Part shown: one piece after another, positions 1 through 12,936 of the stretch | How positions within the stretch are numbered: the stretch's first letter is position 1 | Layout of the letters: the number at the start of each line of letters is the position of its first letter | Assembly: GCA_028534125.1 (NCBI GenBank) | Contig: CM052816.1 | Location: 8,868,001 to 8,932,000, forward strand | Origin: Lama glama | Taxonomy: Eukaryota | Direction: 5' to 3' | DNA length: 64,000 nucleotides | Made by a program: the position numbers and the translations under genes | Notes under the pieces: model-generated | What the model was told of the DNA's origin: nothing | The model's input: only the letters and a program-made list of their open reading frames with translations | Database searches by the model: none

Positions 1-1586
1 GGACTGGCCACCCTAAAGGAACAGCACAGAAGGAAGGGCAAATACTCTGGAATCCCATTAGACCTGGCTTCACATCGTGGCTCTGCTGAGCGATAATCAT
101 GTCCCCTCTCTGAGCCACTCCCTGCCTGAGGTCGTAGTCCTCACTCAGCTGGAACTGCCGAGCAGTGGGCCTGGCACCCCCACTGACACATTACCTCTCT
201 GTAGCTTCGGCTCTGCCCTGGTTTCTAGGACCACATTGTACTGATGGCAGCTGCCTTATGCCAAAACTGTCACCCTTTCTGCTAGCCCAGCCTGTCTTCC
301 ACCCTGGCTCAGTCCGACAGGGTTCCCACTCACCCCCTAATGAGCTGATGTCTCATTCCCCCACAACTCCTCCAATCTCAGGGACTGGCATTGCCTGGAA
401 CCATCTGCTGACGGACTTTCGGACGGCTGGCCTTTGAAATGTTGCTCCTGTTTGAACTGCTTTGTATATGTGTTGAGTTAGGTTATTGACAGGACACCCA
501 GATAGAGGTGTCATGAGATCAGTTAGAAACTGCTTAGTATGTTTAAAACTTAAGGGGAAACTGGGGCTGATAGGTAGAAGTTGTCTCCCACGAAAGGGAG
601 AACTCGACACTCCAGGTTTGGATAAAATTGACAAGGGAGGAATATGTAAGAAAGAAGAAAGAGGGGTAAAGACATAACTTTGGGGGACACTGGGAGAATA
701 TAAGGAAGAAGTGCCATGAAAAGCACAGTTAGGGGAGTGGATAGAGCAGAGAAGTGCCAGAAACGAGGAAGTGTCTGAGTGTCTGATGCTGAAGCCTCTG
801 CATCAGGGCCAGGAAACAGGGAGAACCTTCAGGAGGGACTCTGGGAGGGGGGTGCTGGATGCCAGCCTGGCGAGTGAGTGGACTGTGAGAGGTGGACAGG
901 GTGACAACAGACCACTTGTCCTCATTATCTGGAGGTGATGGGGAGGGGCTGGGACCCAAGGAGGAGACAGGTGATAAAGGTGTTTGTTCTAGATGGTACT
1001 GGGGGACAGAAGAGTTTGTAAATGGTGGCCCAAAGGCTATTTGTGGCCTACAGATATGTTCTGTTTGCTTCATAAGAGGAATTGATTGCCCACACTGAAA
1101 AACTGGGAGATTTCACAGATAACTCTGGATTTCCACCTTCTTCTGACACACTGGAAAATCTAGCCACGTGAGGCTGGCATTTCCACGTGGCCACAATTGG
1201 CTCGAGCAGAGAGCTGGCTGCCCCTTCACATGGGGCCTTGCTCTCCAGGGCCCCCCAACCCCTATCCTGCCCTTCCACCCAACTGCTTCACCTATTTGTA
1301 AGCCAGGTGGGCCTTTATAGGTAACTGAGTTTGTAACCCGTGCTTTTATTTACCAGTTTAGCTGAGGGAAAGAGGATGTGACACTACCAGAGACCAACCA
1401 CTGCAGCACCAAGTAAGTACCTCCTTGACACAGGGCATGCCCAGAACCTGGGCTGAACTGTGCTGGGTGCTCACACCTGGCAAGGACCTTTTCGCTTTCA
1501 CTGGTGTATAGTCAAGTCGGTTCCTTTGGCACCTCTTTTCCTCTCTTCCTCTGGAATGCCCTCCCCACGGCTCTGCCCAGCCCTAC

Positions 1587-1761
1587 CTCATGAACTTCTC
1601 CATGACCTCCTCCACCCACATCTGCAGCCTCAGGAAGCTGATGCCATAGTGCCACCAGAGGCGGAAGAGGTTCAGCAGGTACCAGTCAGTTTCCTCCAGC
1701 ACGAAATTCTCCCCGTTGAAGATGGCACTCCTGCCTCCCACCTCGCGCCGGTGCCGCAGCC
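1587..1761 (-). CDS. PCYOX1L: Prenylcysteine oxidase 1-like, exon 3 (175 nt); gene continues beyond window start
   Basis: Acceptor CTCAG|GG, donor ATGAG|GTAGGG. Translates (G)LRHRREVGGRSAIFNGENFVLEETDWYLLNLFRLWWHYGISFLRLQMWVEEVMEKFM(R), recognisable PCYOX1L. Phase 1 in, matching exon 2. Confidence 0.96.
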
Positions 1762-3214
1762 CTGAGGAGATAAGGAGGTCTCAGGTCCCCTTCAGAGGGC
1801 CCCCTGGGGGACCCAGCAATGCCTGAAGCTTAAACTCGGGGACTTCCTGAAGGATGCACAGGGACTGGCTCCATGAGAAGGAATATGAACGCCATGGTTT
1901 GTGCCTCTCTGATGCTTATTTAAAAACAGTAAACCATGCACTGGGAAGATGTCTGACCTGGTTAGTCAACAAAGAATTGAAAATAATGTACCATGTTACA
2001 TTTTTTTTCAACAGGGATCCACTTGGTTACATGTGAGGGAAATTTGGATGTCCTCCTGGAATGTCCAGGGGCTAACAGCCACAGGGCTTGCTCTGGGATG
2101 GGAGCCCTGGGCACCAAGACCACATGGAAGGAATCACAGCTCCTTGCAACCATCCACACTCGACGACTTATGGAACACTGGGACTTACATGTCTCTCATC
2201 ATCCTCTCACAGCCTGAGGAAGGCAGAACAGGTGTTATCACCCCCAGTTAAAGATGTGGAAAGCGAGGTTTATAAGACCTGCTCCAAGTCATGGGTTTCT
2301 ATTTCTCTCCCTACTATTCCTGGCCCTGAGGCACAAGGTTCCCCTACCCTGAGGCAACCAGTAAGTACATTCCTTCTGCATCCTTCCAGAGATGTTTTGT
2401 GCAAACCCTCGTGGTGTGTCCACATCTATGAGTTATTCCTGCCCCCACCCCGACATTCTATATACACTGCTCTGCTCCTTACTGACCTGTGTCTTGGAGA
2501 TTTTTGCTCAACCTGGGCATACAGGACTTCCTCACTCTGGCTGCTGAACACTCTGCTGTGTACTTAAACAATATTTTATTTAATCTCAGATTGCAGTGGG
2601 CAGGGAGGATATTTTCAATCTTTTGCTTTACAAATAGTACTGTAATGAATAACCTTGTGTATCTGCCACTCTGCAAATCTGTAAGGGCACCTGCGGGATC
2701 ACTTCTGTGAAGTAGAATTTCTGCATTCAATAGCATATGTATTTGCGGTTTTAACAGATGCTGCCAGGTTGAGTCTCAGCTCTCTCACTTATTAACTACA
2801 GGGCCTTAGAAGAGGTGTATACAGTTCCTGAGCCATAGTTTCCCCAGGAGGAGATACAACAACCATGTGCAGGCAGGTAGGGAGGATTAGAGGTAATGCC
2901 TATGTACCACCTAGAAGGATGCCAGGTACCTGGCCAGCACACAGGGTGTGGAAGCCATTATGATTATGATTATTAAGAAGCCGCAAATTGAAAGGGAAAG
3001 AAACTGGCCTGGTGGGGGGTGTCAAATCTGAGTTCTAATCCCAGTTATGCAACTAACTCACTGTGTAACCTCAGGCAAGTTCCTTCCCCACTCTGTTCTC
3101 AGCTGCTCCATCTGTAAAATGAGGAGATTGACTGTCGGGGTAATCTGGGAAGGGTCCGATGGCTGCCTCCAGCCCTAGGTGCTGGATGCTGGAGCCCCGG
3201 GATGGCGCACTCAC

Positions 3215-3421
3215 CCAGCTGCTTGACGAATTGCTGCATGTGGAGGCTCAGGGAGTGGAAGGAGGCGGCCCCACTCTCGTAGTGCTGCTTGTTGACCGAG
3301 ATGGTTGCCAGGCGGCCGCCCACAGTCCCCTTCTCGAACACGTCGATCTGCACCCGGGGGCCGAAGTGCTGTTGGAGGAAATGGGCCACGGCAGAACCTC
3401 CAATTCCGGCTCCAACCACAG
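3215..3421 (-). CDS. PCYOX1L: Prenylcysteine oxidase 1-like, exon 2 (207 nt), FAD-binding GxGxxG motif
   Basis: Acceptor GGCAG|CT, donor CTGG|GTGAGT. Encodes AVVGAGIGGSAVAHFLQQHFGPRVQIDVFEKGTVGGRLATISVNKQHYESGAASFHSLSLHMQQFVKQL. Confidence 0.97.
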
Positions 3422-3541
3422 CTGCCAGCAGGCCCGGGAGGCAGGCATGGGGAGAGACAGAGCATGGGTGTGAGACACGGGTCACACCTTCTCAGCCTCC
3501 TGGGCCTGAAGTTCCAGGGCATTTACATTTCATAGGCTTCT

Positions 3542-3683
3542 TTCTTCTTTTTTTTAAATTGAAGTATAGTCAGTTTACAATATTGTGTTAAATCTTTTTC
3601 TTTTTTTAGTGGAGGTACTGGGGATTGAACCCAGGACCTCATGCATGCTAAGCACACACTCTACCACTGAGCTATACCCTCCG
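3542..3683 (-). mobile_element. tRNA-derived SINE head (vic-1-like) joined to a short L1-like 3' tail, inside a 16-bp TSD
   Basis: Minus strand GGAGGGTATAGCTCAGTGGTAGAG...GGGTTCAATCCCCAGTACC has A and B boxes and an A-rich tail. Direct repeat CATTTCATAGGCTTCT at 3526-3541 and 3684-3699. Confidence 0.9.
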
Positions 3684-3999
3684 CATTTCATAGGCTTCTA
3701 ACATCTCAAAAAGGAAATCTGCAGACTAGTTCTTAGTAAAGGTATGAATAAAAAGCAAAGGACAACCTGAAAACAGTTACCTACTATATAACCCTTATTT
3801 TATAAACAAAAAGACATGTTAGCAGCAAAGGGACAGGAAAGAATCTCAAAATTCAGGATGCTTATTTAAAAAGAATAAATTTAGTTTCATAGCATTACAT
3901 TACATTGCCCCTATTTTTATTTCACTATGAATTGGTGAAAACCTGGTCACTGATGGGTAACATTAGGTTAGATTAGCATTTGGAATCCACTCTTTAATC

Positions 4000-4216
4000 C
4001 AGGGGTTGGCAAGCTACAGCCTGAGGGCCAAATCTAGGCAGATGCCTGTTTCTGCTAGCAAAGTTTTATCGGAATGCAGCCACATCCTTTCTTTAGCTTG
4101 TTGTTTATGGCTGCTTTCATGCCAGGCAGAGTTGAGTATGGTTGCAACAGAGACTGCAAGTACAGCCTAAAATATTTACTCTCTGGCCCTTTCCTGAAGA
4201 AGTCAGCCAACCCTTG
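4000..4216. mobile_element. MER58A-like hAT-Charlie MITE
   Basis: Terminal inverted repeats CAGGGGTTGGC...GCCAACCCTTG. Internal 'aaatatttactctctggccctt' matches the recalled MER58 consensus. Confidence 0.75.
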
Positions 4217-6329
4217 GTCTAGTCCAACCCACCACCTGACACTTAAGTCATTTCCACATCTGTGTTTGCCAAGCCTGGCATGCACCCTGTGAAGGGCTGC
4301 TCATCACCGTATAGGGCACTCCCTTCCGATTTGGACTCGTTACAACGTTTCAGCTTGCTGAGGTCTTTTTGGGTCTTATCATCCACTGTCTTTACTATGC
4401 CTCCTGACTGCCTGTTATTTGCAGACTTGGTTCATATACCATCAATATTACCATCCAAGTCACTGAGAAAAGCGTTTCATTGGACAGGGCTTTGGAGTGC
4501 TGCTAGAAACTACTGTCCAGACAGATACTTATCATCAAACAGCACTGAGAGGACAGTAAAGCAGCTGTGAAGCTAGTGAACTGGACGGCCACGCTACCCA
4601 GTTTTTGCCCATCATATATCTAAGACACAGCTTCCCTCTAACTGGTCTCCATTTACTTATTCCGTTCCCTGCCTCGCCCTCTCAATACTCCACCTCCCGC
4701 CTGTCTTCATTTCTTTTGCCGTGGAGCATGTGACTTTGCTGTGTCAGGCCTGTGTCTTTGCCTGTGCTGCTCCCTTTGTCAGGAATGCTCTGTCACCCTT
4801 TGCCTGTCTGACCTCTGTGGTCATTTTAGCTGGCTTGCCTTGACCCACCTAAGATAAATGTTCCTCCTGCATATTTCCACAGCACACTCTCCTTGGCCAG
4901 GCCTGGTCCACAGCACATTATACACAAACGGTCTGTTTAAGGATTGAAGGCAGGTCACTATGTCCCCAGATCCTGGCAGGCAATAGAACTCATTAAGTAT
5001 TTGTTGCATCTTGAAAGAACTACTTCCTTCTTCTCATTGTTTACTGAAAAGCTACTTCCAAGAGTGCCTTTAACCTTTTAAACCAATGTGCTTCCCTCTC
5101 CTCCATTTTCAACAAAGCCTCAAATTTCCCAGTTTTTCCAGAGAAACTGCTATCACAAGGCCTGGATGCTGCCCAAGGGCTATAGGGAAGCAGAAGACCT
5201 CACTTCATTGAGAACCACCTCAATGCCTATGAACTGACACCTGCTCTCTTGTCTATGGTAAGATGTGCCCAGATGTGGATGAATCAAACAGGGAAGGCTT
5301 CTGTCCCCCCCGGGCACAGGCAGGAATGGGTGGACAGACTCATGCACCATTAGCTGTGACAATAAGTGACTAAGTGCAACAACAGGGTTCTAGGGAATCC
5401 TGGGGAGGGAGCAATGAATTCTGCCTGAGGGTGTGGACCCCAGGCTTCACAGGGGAAGCAACTATGATCAGGACCCTGGAGGACAGTGGGCTTGGCCAAT
5501 GAGCAGAAACACATTCTCTGCAGAGAGAACAGCACAAGCAGGGTATGTCTGGAACTACAGGGGAGTTTAAAGGGTCCAGGGTGTTCAGATTTGATTATGC
5601 AGCAGTCTGAGGGTTAAGCCATCTTAACAGGAAGCTCCACATTCCTATTGTGGGTGGAGTCCAAACCACCAAGGACAGACAGAGGCTCTTGTCAGAGGGC
5701 TGAGGAAAATCGGGAAAGCTCCAAGGCAGCTTGGCATTGTCAGGTATCCTGCCTTGATGACCCTTGGGGCAAGGAGGGCAGGGCTGGCTGGAATGAGGCA
5801 GGCAGCAAGCTCTGCACTGCCAGAAATGGTAAAGCTGTGAGGAGGCCCTGCCCCTTTTGCAGTGATCAGTGGGAAGTGTCCTCTCCCACCCTTTCTCAAG
5901 AGATGGGGAAGGCCCTGTACCCCCAGACATTGCCTGCCTAATTCTTCCCCATCCTTCAAAGCCTAGCTCCAAATCTACCTTCTCCAACAGGCCTTCTTCG
6001 GCCAGTCTAGCTCTCTGGATTCTCTTTCCTCTGAAAACCCTAAATGTTCAGTCCCAAGCTGACTTTTGGCATGCTTCAGCCTGTCTTAACCCTTTATGAC
6101 CTGAGCTGTGGTTTGGTAATCCAAGAAGCCTTAGCACTGCACTAGCCCCATTAAGTCTGTGGTGCTCCCATGGGTCATCTCTCCCTGCCAACTGGGGTGC
6201 ACAGAGGGCAGCCTAGTGGAGTAGGGACTCCTACTCCCCCACCCAGAAACCCAGCATCTCTACCTATGGGAATTTTATGTACAAGGGACTTGAAAATCTT
6301 TGAGTCACGTCGAGTAAAAATGACAGATG

Positions 6330-6610
6330 TTAAGGAGAAAAAACTGTAAGCAAATACGGAATGCTAGTTAATGATATACACGATGAAGTATTCAGCAAAA
6401 CGTCCTGATGTCTGCAGTTTATTCTGAAATGCATTAAAATGTAAGATGGACTAATGAACGTGTGATAGGTATGTGATAAAACAAACACAGTAGCAGTTTC
6501 TTAACAGCAGAATCTATGTGATGAGTATAAAGATGATCACTATATAATTCAACTTTGCTGTATATTTGCAAATTTTCAAAATAAAATGTTGAAATAAAAA
6601 ACAAATAAAA
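6330..6610 (+). mobile_element. Old L1 (L1ME-like) 3' end fragment
   Basis: Ends in 'ttcaactttgctgtatatttgcaaattttcaaaataaaatgttgaaataaaaa', typical of an old L1M 3' terminus. Confidence 0.6.
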
Positions 6611-7229
6611 TGACTGCTGTTAAAAATTCCCCACTTTGTCATTCAGCATATCTATCCCCAGAGGGCTTGCCATGGGTTTCCCCCTCCTAGGACTGTATCC
6701 TACCCTCCACGAGGTTTTGGCTTAGATATTACTTCTAGGAAGCCCTCCCAGAGCCGGCAAAGACTGGGGCGAAGAGCCTCTCCTCTGTATTCAACAGTGT
6801 TTTCTCAGCCTTAGCACTAACTTCCTCGTATTGTGCACTCTCCTCCTCCAGACAGGAACTATGGAGCACTGTGCCTGCTACACAGACAACCTTCAATAAA
6901 CCTGCCTGAATGACACCATCCAGACAGGCCAGGGTCTCTGTCCTGAAGTCACCTGGCAAAGGGCCGGGACCATGGCAGATGCTCAGTGTCCCTGGACGTT
7001 CTGGTAAGATCAGTGGCCAGTCCTGCCCCAAACCTCTTTTCCGCCACAAGTAGCCCTGGACATCTTCCCCATCAGCACCCTGCCTACTGCGGTCCCTTCC
7101 TCGCCCAGTCGCAGAGCCTCAGCTCGTATCCACCCAACTCCTCTCCTGAGGTCCCCTCCCTCGCCCAGCTGCCTTCCCCTTCCCCCACCCAGCTGCTCCA
7201 AACTGACAACACCTTTTCCTCGAAGCCCG

Positions 7230-7620
7230 CCCCAGCTCAGCACCCCACCCCGGTCCTTCCCGCACCGATTTTGCTGGGCCGGGCATCGCCTGTAGCGGCG
7301 GCGGCGAGGAGCGCGGCCAGCGCGGCGAGGAGCCGGGCAGCGCGGGCCATGGCGGGCGGCGATCGGGGCAGCACGCCTGGCCTCGGGCGCTCGCGGGTTG
7401 GCGCTGCGCTCCCCGCCCCGCCCCAGCGCCCCACTGGCTGTTCCTCCTTCCAGCGTCGTTGGTCACAGCCTCTCATTGGACGCGCAGCCGTCCCTCTCCA
7501 GCACGAGGCCATTAGCCGCATTTCTCAGGGGGCAGGCTCTGTCATTGGCAGCTTCTCCGTCCCGCCTCCTGGATGCGGGTTCCTCATTGGATAGCTCCTT
7601 CTGCTCCAGCGCAGGTGTGC
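7230..7620 (-). promoter_or_regulatory. PCYOX1L CpG-island promoter with GC boxes and CCAAT boxes
   Basis: CpG-dense. CCCCGCCCCGCCCC at 7411-7424; ATTGG (CCAAT on minus) at 7475, 7544 and 7586. Confidence 0.85.
7266..7350 (-). CDS. PCYOX1L: Prenylcysteine oxidase 1-like, coding exon 1 (85 nt), signal peptide
   Basis: Strong Kozak CCCGCC-ATG-G at 7350. Encodes MARAARLLAALAALLAAAATGDARPSKI with a hydrophobic signal core. Donor ATCG|GTGCGG, phase 1. Confidence 0.95.
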
Positions 7621-8640
7621 GTGCTTTGGGTGCTCAGCATCAGGACCAGGGACCAGCTCCCGGGATATTGATGGCAGAGAAAGAACTGAAGCCTTGACGA
7701 CCTCCGTTCAAATCCAACCTCTGAGAGTTCCTAGGTCTGTAATATGCTTTCTCTGTGTCTCATTCAGTTTCCCTGTTCTACCTTTCTAAGTGGTGTGATA
7801 ATCACGTGACATAAGGAATGTGAAGTCGCTTGGCTGGATCTGCTAGTGCTGGAAATTGCTGACCAATTGTGCAGCCAGGATGGCTAGACGCTACCCTGTG
7901 CGTATGCTGAAACAAGGCCAGATGCTTTCCAGACTGCTGTTACTCGTGTATTTGCAGTCTCGACGCACAGTTTCTATCTCTACCTTCTACTTAAAAACAA
8001 AAGGGAAGGGTTTCATCCGCTTTTCTCTCAGAGGGGAGAAAAGGTAGAAAGGAAGGGATAAGCTCCCATTTTCACCCTCTGAAAAAACAAGAGCCGCTCA
8101 CTATGACTAGTTTACCCCACAATGACAGATTTCCTCTAGCAGAAAATAAAATTGAGGATGAGTTTCGGGATACAGTAAGAAAAATTCATGTTTATCCAGT
8201 CAGATTATGGCTAAGAGAAGAAAATGAAGGGACTCAGAGGAGTGAAAGGGCATACAGCTGAGATTCCAACCAGCCATGTAAGTCTTAACAGGGCCAAACT
8301 GGGTTCCCTTAAATTATTTTTAAAACAAGCATTCATTGATCACTTTGTTCCACTTTCTCTTATGTGCTAACATGATTTTTGCAAGTTTTTTTTTTTAAAT
8401 AGGGTAAAATCACGTTACCTTTGAAACTTCGTGATACTATTTTGCTTTTAATTTTAGGATCCTTGGTAACTAGATTCTAGAGCTTCATTTTCTTCTATTA
8501 AAAAATTCTTCAACTCATACAGCACATTGACAATGTGTGTCAAATTTACAGGACAAATTCAAAAGAGCTGTAAGAAAAAGGAAGGAAGCATAATTCTGGT
8601 GGCTGCTGAGGTGCAGAACTGGGAGTGAGCTTGGTTAAGT

Positions 8641-9030
8641 CTGTCAGTTATTTATTGCTGTGTAACAAACCACCCCAAAACTTAGTGATGAAAGGTAACA
8701 GTCATCTATTTTGCCAACAAATCTGCACCCTGGGCAGGGCTCAGTGAGACCATCTCATCTCCTTTCCATGTGGTGTCAGGTGGAGCTGTTCCACTGGAAG
8801 CTCGAGGGTCACTTTCAAAATGGCTGAGATGGCTGGCAGGATGGTGCTGGCCATCAGCTGGAAGCTCAGCCATGACCTTCAGTTCCACTCCACAGGCTTG
8901 AGCTTGCTCTTTGGCTTGATGCCTGGGTACCAAGAATGAGTATCCAGAGACAGGAAGGTTTGGGTCCAGAAACCGGCAGTTACTTCCACTATATTCTATT
9001 GGTCCAGATTTGGAGATTTGACCCCATGTT
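8641..9030. mobile_element. MaLR (MLT1-like) solo LTR
   Basis: Begins 'tgtcagttatttattgctgtgtaacaaaccaccccaaaacttagtg', a recalled MLT1 terminus. Confidence 0.7.
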
Positions 9031-9725
9031 TTAAAACCTCCACTGAACTTGAGAACACAGACAAAGTTTGAGTGGATAGGAATAAGAATATACTTACCGA
9101 CTAGCACTGAGAGTATGAGAAATAATGGAGCCAGGGCATGCAGACAAGATTGGACGGATGATGAAAATGCAAGGCCAAACTACAGGAAAGGCTGGCTCCA
9201 AAGAGGGCCACTGAGCCAGGAGGCTGGTTATGTGGAAGCTGGCAGAGAAGCAGAGGTAAAGACAAGGCCAGGCAAAGGTTGGGAAAGGACACGTGGAAGT
9301 GGAAGGTCAGAGCAAGGCCACATGCCAGTAATCTGGTTGAAAGGATGGTCAGAAATCCTGCAGTTCAAGTGAAATGATTAAAGCAGGTAAGACAATTAGA
9401 ACCAAGAAGCAAACACAGGAAAGTAAGGCAATGCCAGAGAGGAAGGCAGAAGGAGGAAGAATTCAGATCTAAGAAATACACAGATGTCAGATGGAAGCAA
9501 GTCAAGGAGGTAGAAGAACAGACAAGACTTCAACACTGAGGCAGGGTGTAGAATGCCTACACCGCGTCCACTGGGCTGGGCTGCTGTGAGATCTCAAGGT
9601 ACGTCCACTGATCATCAACAAGGTGAGCCAGTAATCAATGGAGTGACCATAACATGTCAATATACAATATGAATCTGGCAGACAAAGACATTAAGTGCGT
9701 GAACCACAGTTATTTCAATTAAGGT

Positions 9726-9731
9726 TTTATT
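9726..9731 (-). terminator. Candidate distal polyadenylation signal of GRPEL2 (AATAAA), giving a 3' UTR of about 2.85 kb
   Basis: TTTATT on + strand at the end of a long AT-rich stretch downstream of the GRPEL2 stop. Other AATAAA candidates exist near 11209 and 11369. Confidence 0.55.
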
Positions 9732-12571
9732 AAAGTTGTTTCTGAAAATTACATTTCATCCTTAATTTCCTTATTTGATTTTGCTTTAGTGTCTAAAACC
9801 TTACTCATCAAATCCTTTGCCATGAAAGAACACCATATAACTTTTATCAGTATCAAACTGAAGGATTCCATTATGGCAGTGAGGAAAATCCACAAAAGAT
9901 TTGTATAATCTAAGTACTAAAATACCAAGATCCCTCTTCAAATGAGCCAAAGCTTCCTTACACACATTATCTGCAAGCCAATAATGTCTTTTCACTTTAC
10001 CATCAATATGAATATAATTAAGAGTGCTGAAACAATTCTCTTGTTCCTCCAGTCACAAAACGTAGACTTCCTTCATTATGGTTAAAACAAACAAACACAA
10101 AAACAGAAGCTGAAAGGAAAATAAGTTCACTGTGATTGATTAGCTTATATAAAAATTTTTTTTTAAACAGTCAAGCACCACTTAACCAGTCTTCCCCTTT
10201 CCCTAGACTTTAGGCAACTATAACAACATAGGAAAAACAATGTGTATAATAAAAGCAATAAAAATAAATATATGAGGGCCTACTGTAATAGGCAATTTGC
10301 ACATTTCATTTAATCCTCGAAATACTTTGAGAATTGTAACCATTTTACAAACAAGGAAGTAGGCTCAGAAGATTGAAGTGATTGAGCTGGGGATTATGTT
10401 CAAGTTGATGCCTGTATGTCTCGGCAATGCTGCGCTGGCTCCTGAAAGCCCTTCAACTTTTTGAGATTCACACTGTTATAGCTCCATCTTCTAAATTTAT
10501 ACTTTCAAGTCTGCAAAACTACTGAATAATAGAAGAACCTAAAATTATTCTCATTCAATCTACTTGCTAAGACAGGAAGTTGCAAGGAATATTAAAAAAC
10601 TCTTCAAGTAATCAGACCATTCCACACCTAAACTTATGGTTATTCTAATTTATTGGTAATGATAGCTAGTAATCCAAGAACACATGGGTAGTTATAATTG
10701 GCTCATTTTCTTGTTACCATGTGTCAATCTCAAAGGAATGAAGGCAAAAAAATGCACAAATTCCTACTGTGAAATCTGAATGCTCATTAAATTTAGTCTG
10801 TCTTAGTGGAATGCCAAAAGAGGCTCTGGTTTTAAACTCTCACCACTAGTCTTTGTTTGCATCTTCGAAGCATGTATTTGTTTTTTTAAGTGTCTAAATC
10901 TGGTGAAAATGGTAGGACCCATTGGGGATGGCTTTGTTGATACATGTCTGTGTGGTATGCTAGAACTATCTATGATGTCTAAGAGGATAGCTTTCACCAC
11001 CTCATGGAATGGGGTCACAGAGTTCTAGCAGAGATGGATTTATTTTATGGGTAACTAACTTGTACCTAAACCTGGGCAATCTGGACACCTAACAACATTA
11101 ATTGTCTGCTGGATGAATTATTTGCATATTTATTATAGAACTGTTGAATCTTAAATGATTAAAGTTGATATCTAGTTGTTTCTTACTCAAGTTCTCACTG
11201 AAATTTAGTTTATTATTTTTAGAGTTTTTTTTTTCTTTGAGTCCAGTCCTAAAAAGACTATGTTTTCACACTTCAGAAGAAGCTGAAAGGGCAAGGCCGC
11301 TTCTAACATTAAAATATCCATAATGACCTCCTTTCTAAAGTCTGATATATCATTCATTTACTAACTCATTTATTGAATAAATCTTTTACAGAATACCATC
11401 TATCAGCAAGACTGAAATAAAAAATAAAGACATAGGCTCATTAACTCTAGGAGGTCAATACATAAAAGGGGAGCTAGATGTTTACACATCTGACATGAGA
11501 CAGATACAACAAAAACTAGAAAATAAAACTCATCAATGTAAGAGAGGTAGTGAATTGTGAGTGCCAAAAGACCCCCCAAAAACACACACAAAAGAACCCC
11601 CCAACCCAGCAAAACTAAATGAAATAAGAAATCATGGGAACCTAATATATTTTGTCCTGACACCTCCCCACATAATCTTATAAAGGGTCATAAGGTAAAT
11701 CTGACAAAGTGGCAGAGAATTTAAGAGCTAGTAGAAAGAGAAGTTGTGAGTAAATTACCTGTACAGACTGATGTAGGTTATTAGCTATCGCTGCTGCCGC
11801 AATTTCCCTGAAATGATAATAAACCTATGGAGGCTGAAAATAATCTGAAGATAATTTAGCAAGAAAGCACAAGGTTTCTTGGCCATACTTGCCTGAAAGG
11901 GACCTGGTATCTCGACTTCTTGATGCTCCCTGCCTTCCAAGTCTTGCCTGAGCCTTTAGCCTTGTACGTGGGATTTGAAAAGGGACAATGAGTGTGAATA
12001 TGAAGCCTACCTGGCAGAACTACAAGGACAAAAGATGGCTAAAAGGAAAATAAAAAAGTGAAGTCCTGAAAAATCTCTGTGCATAAAAATCAACCCACAT
12101 GGTCTAAATGCATACAACTATAAAGCTTTATCATCTAAGTACCCAAATGTTGAACCAATCCCTACCATCTGCTTTTCCCACAAAACACAAGATCCTATAC
12201 AATTTGTTTATAGGGACCATTAGGAGGGAACATTAAGTTGAAAATACACAAACATATACTCATTTCCACCTTTAGAAAGGATTTTGGGTTGAAAGTCATC
12301 AGAGTACCAGTTTAAAAATAATTTTCTTAAACATATTTTGATAAGGCCACAGGAACCCTTGTCACATTGTTCAAATGCCCAATGGCAAGACTTCTGATGA
12401 GACCAAACAGGTCACATTAAATCAACAGAGTATCTTAGAAATAAAGCCAATATGACTAAATCCAAAACAGATTACATGAAGTACCTCATGTACAATACAA
12501 ACCTAGTTTAATAAATAAAAGAATCACAGGTGACTGCATGCTGGGAGAACACTCAGTTCCTCATGGCCCAT

Positions 12572-12936
12572 TCATAGTCTCCTCTGAGACTCTACTGCCA
12601 CTTCCACCTGGGCAAGTCTAATGGTGCGGCCATGAAGCTTGTAGCCGTCTTGCCTTACTAATGCCACGGTGCCAGGCTGCACCCCTACACCAGCTGGCAC
12701 ATGACAGATGAGTTCATGCTCATGAGGGTCATATTTGTCACCAATGGGTGTCATCTTCTCCAGGCCATGTTTGGCAAACACACTTTTCAGCTTTGCTTCT
12801 AAAAGTGACAACCCTCGGAAGATCTTCTCCAGAATGAGCTTCTGGTCCCCAGGCTCTGTTTCTTCAGAAATGCACTCTGTAGTCTTCTCCAAAATGTCTG
12901 CCACCTCTACCAAGTCCTTACAGAAGCTCTGAATGC
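12572..12936 (-). CDS. GRPEL2: GrpE protein homolog 2, mitochondrial, exon 4 coding part (365 nt including TGA)
   Basis: Acceptor TATAG|GC. Encodes (G)IQSFCKDLVEVADILEK...YDPHEHELICHVP...QDGYKLHGRTIRLAQVEVAVESQRRL*, the GrpE signature region. Total CDS 77+154+82+365=678 nt = 225 aa plus stop. Confidence 0.98.

Noticed and set aside
7351..7521. In-frame upstream ATGs (7521, 7512, 7476) extending PCYOX1L by up to 57 aa
   Set aside because: They lie in the promoter, two as part of CCAATG/CTAATG boxes, probably upstream of the transcription start. The ATG at 7350 has a strong Kozak context and directly starts the signal peptide.
6986..7594. 202-aa + strand ORF antisense to PCYOX1L exon 1
   Set aside because: Low-complexity Pro/Ala/Ser product expected from a stop-poor CpG island; non-ATG start and no recognisable domain.
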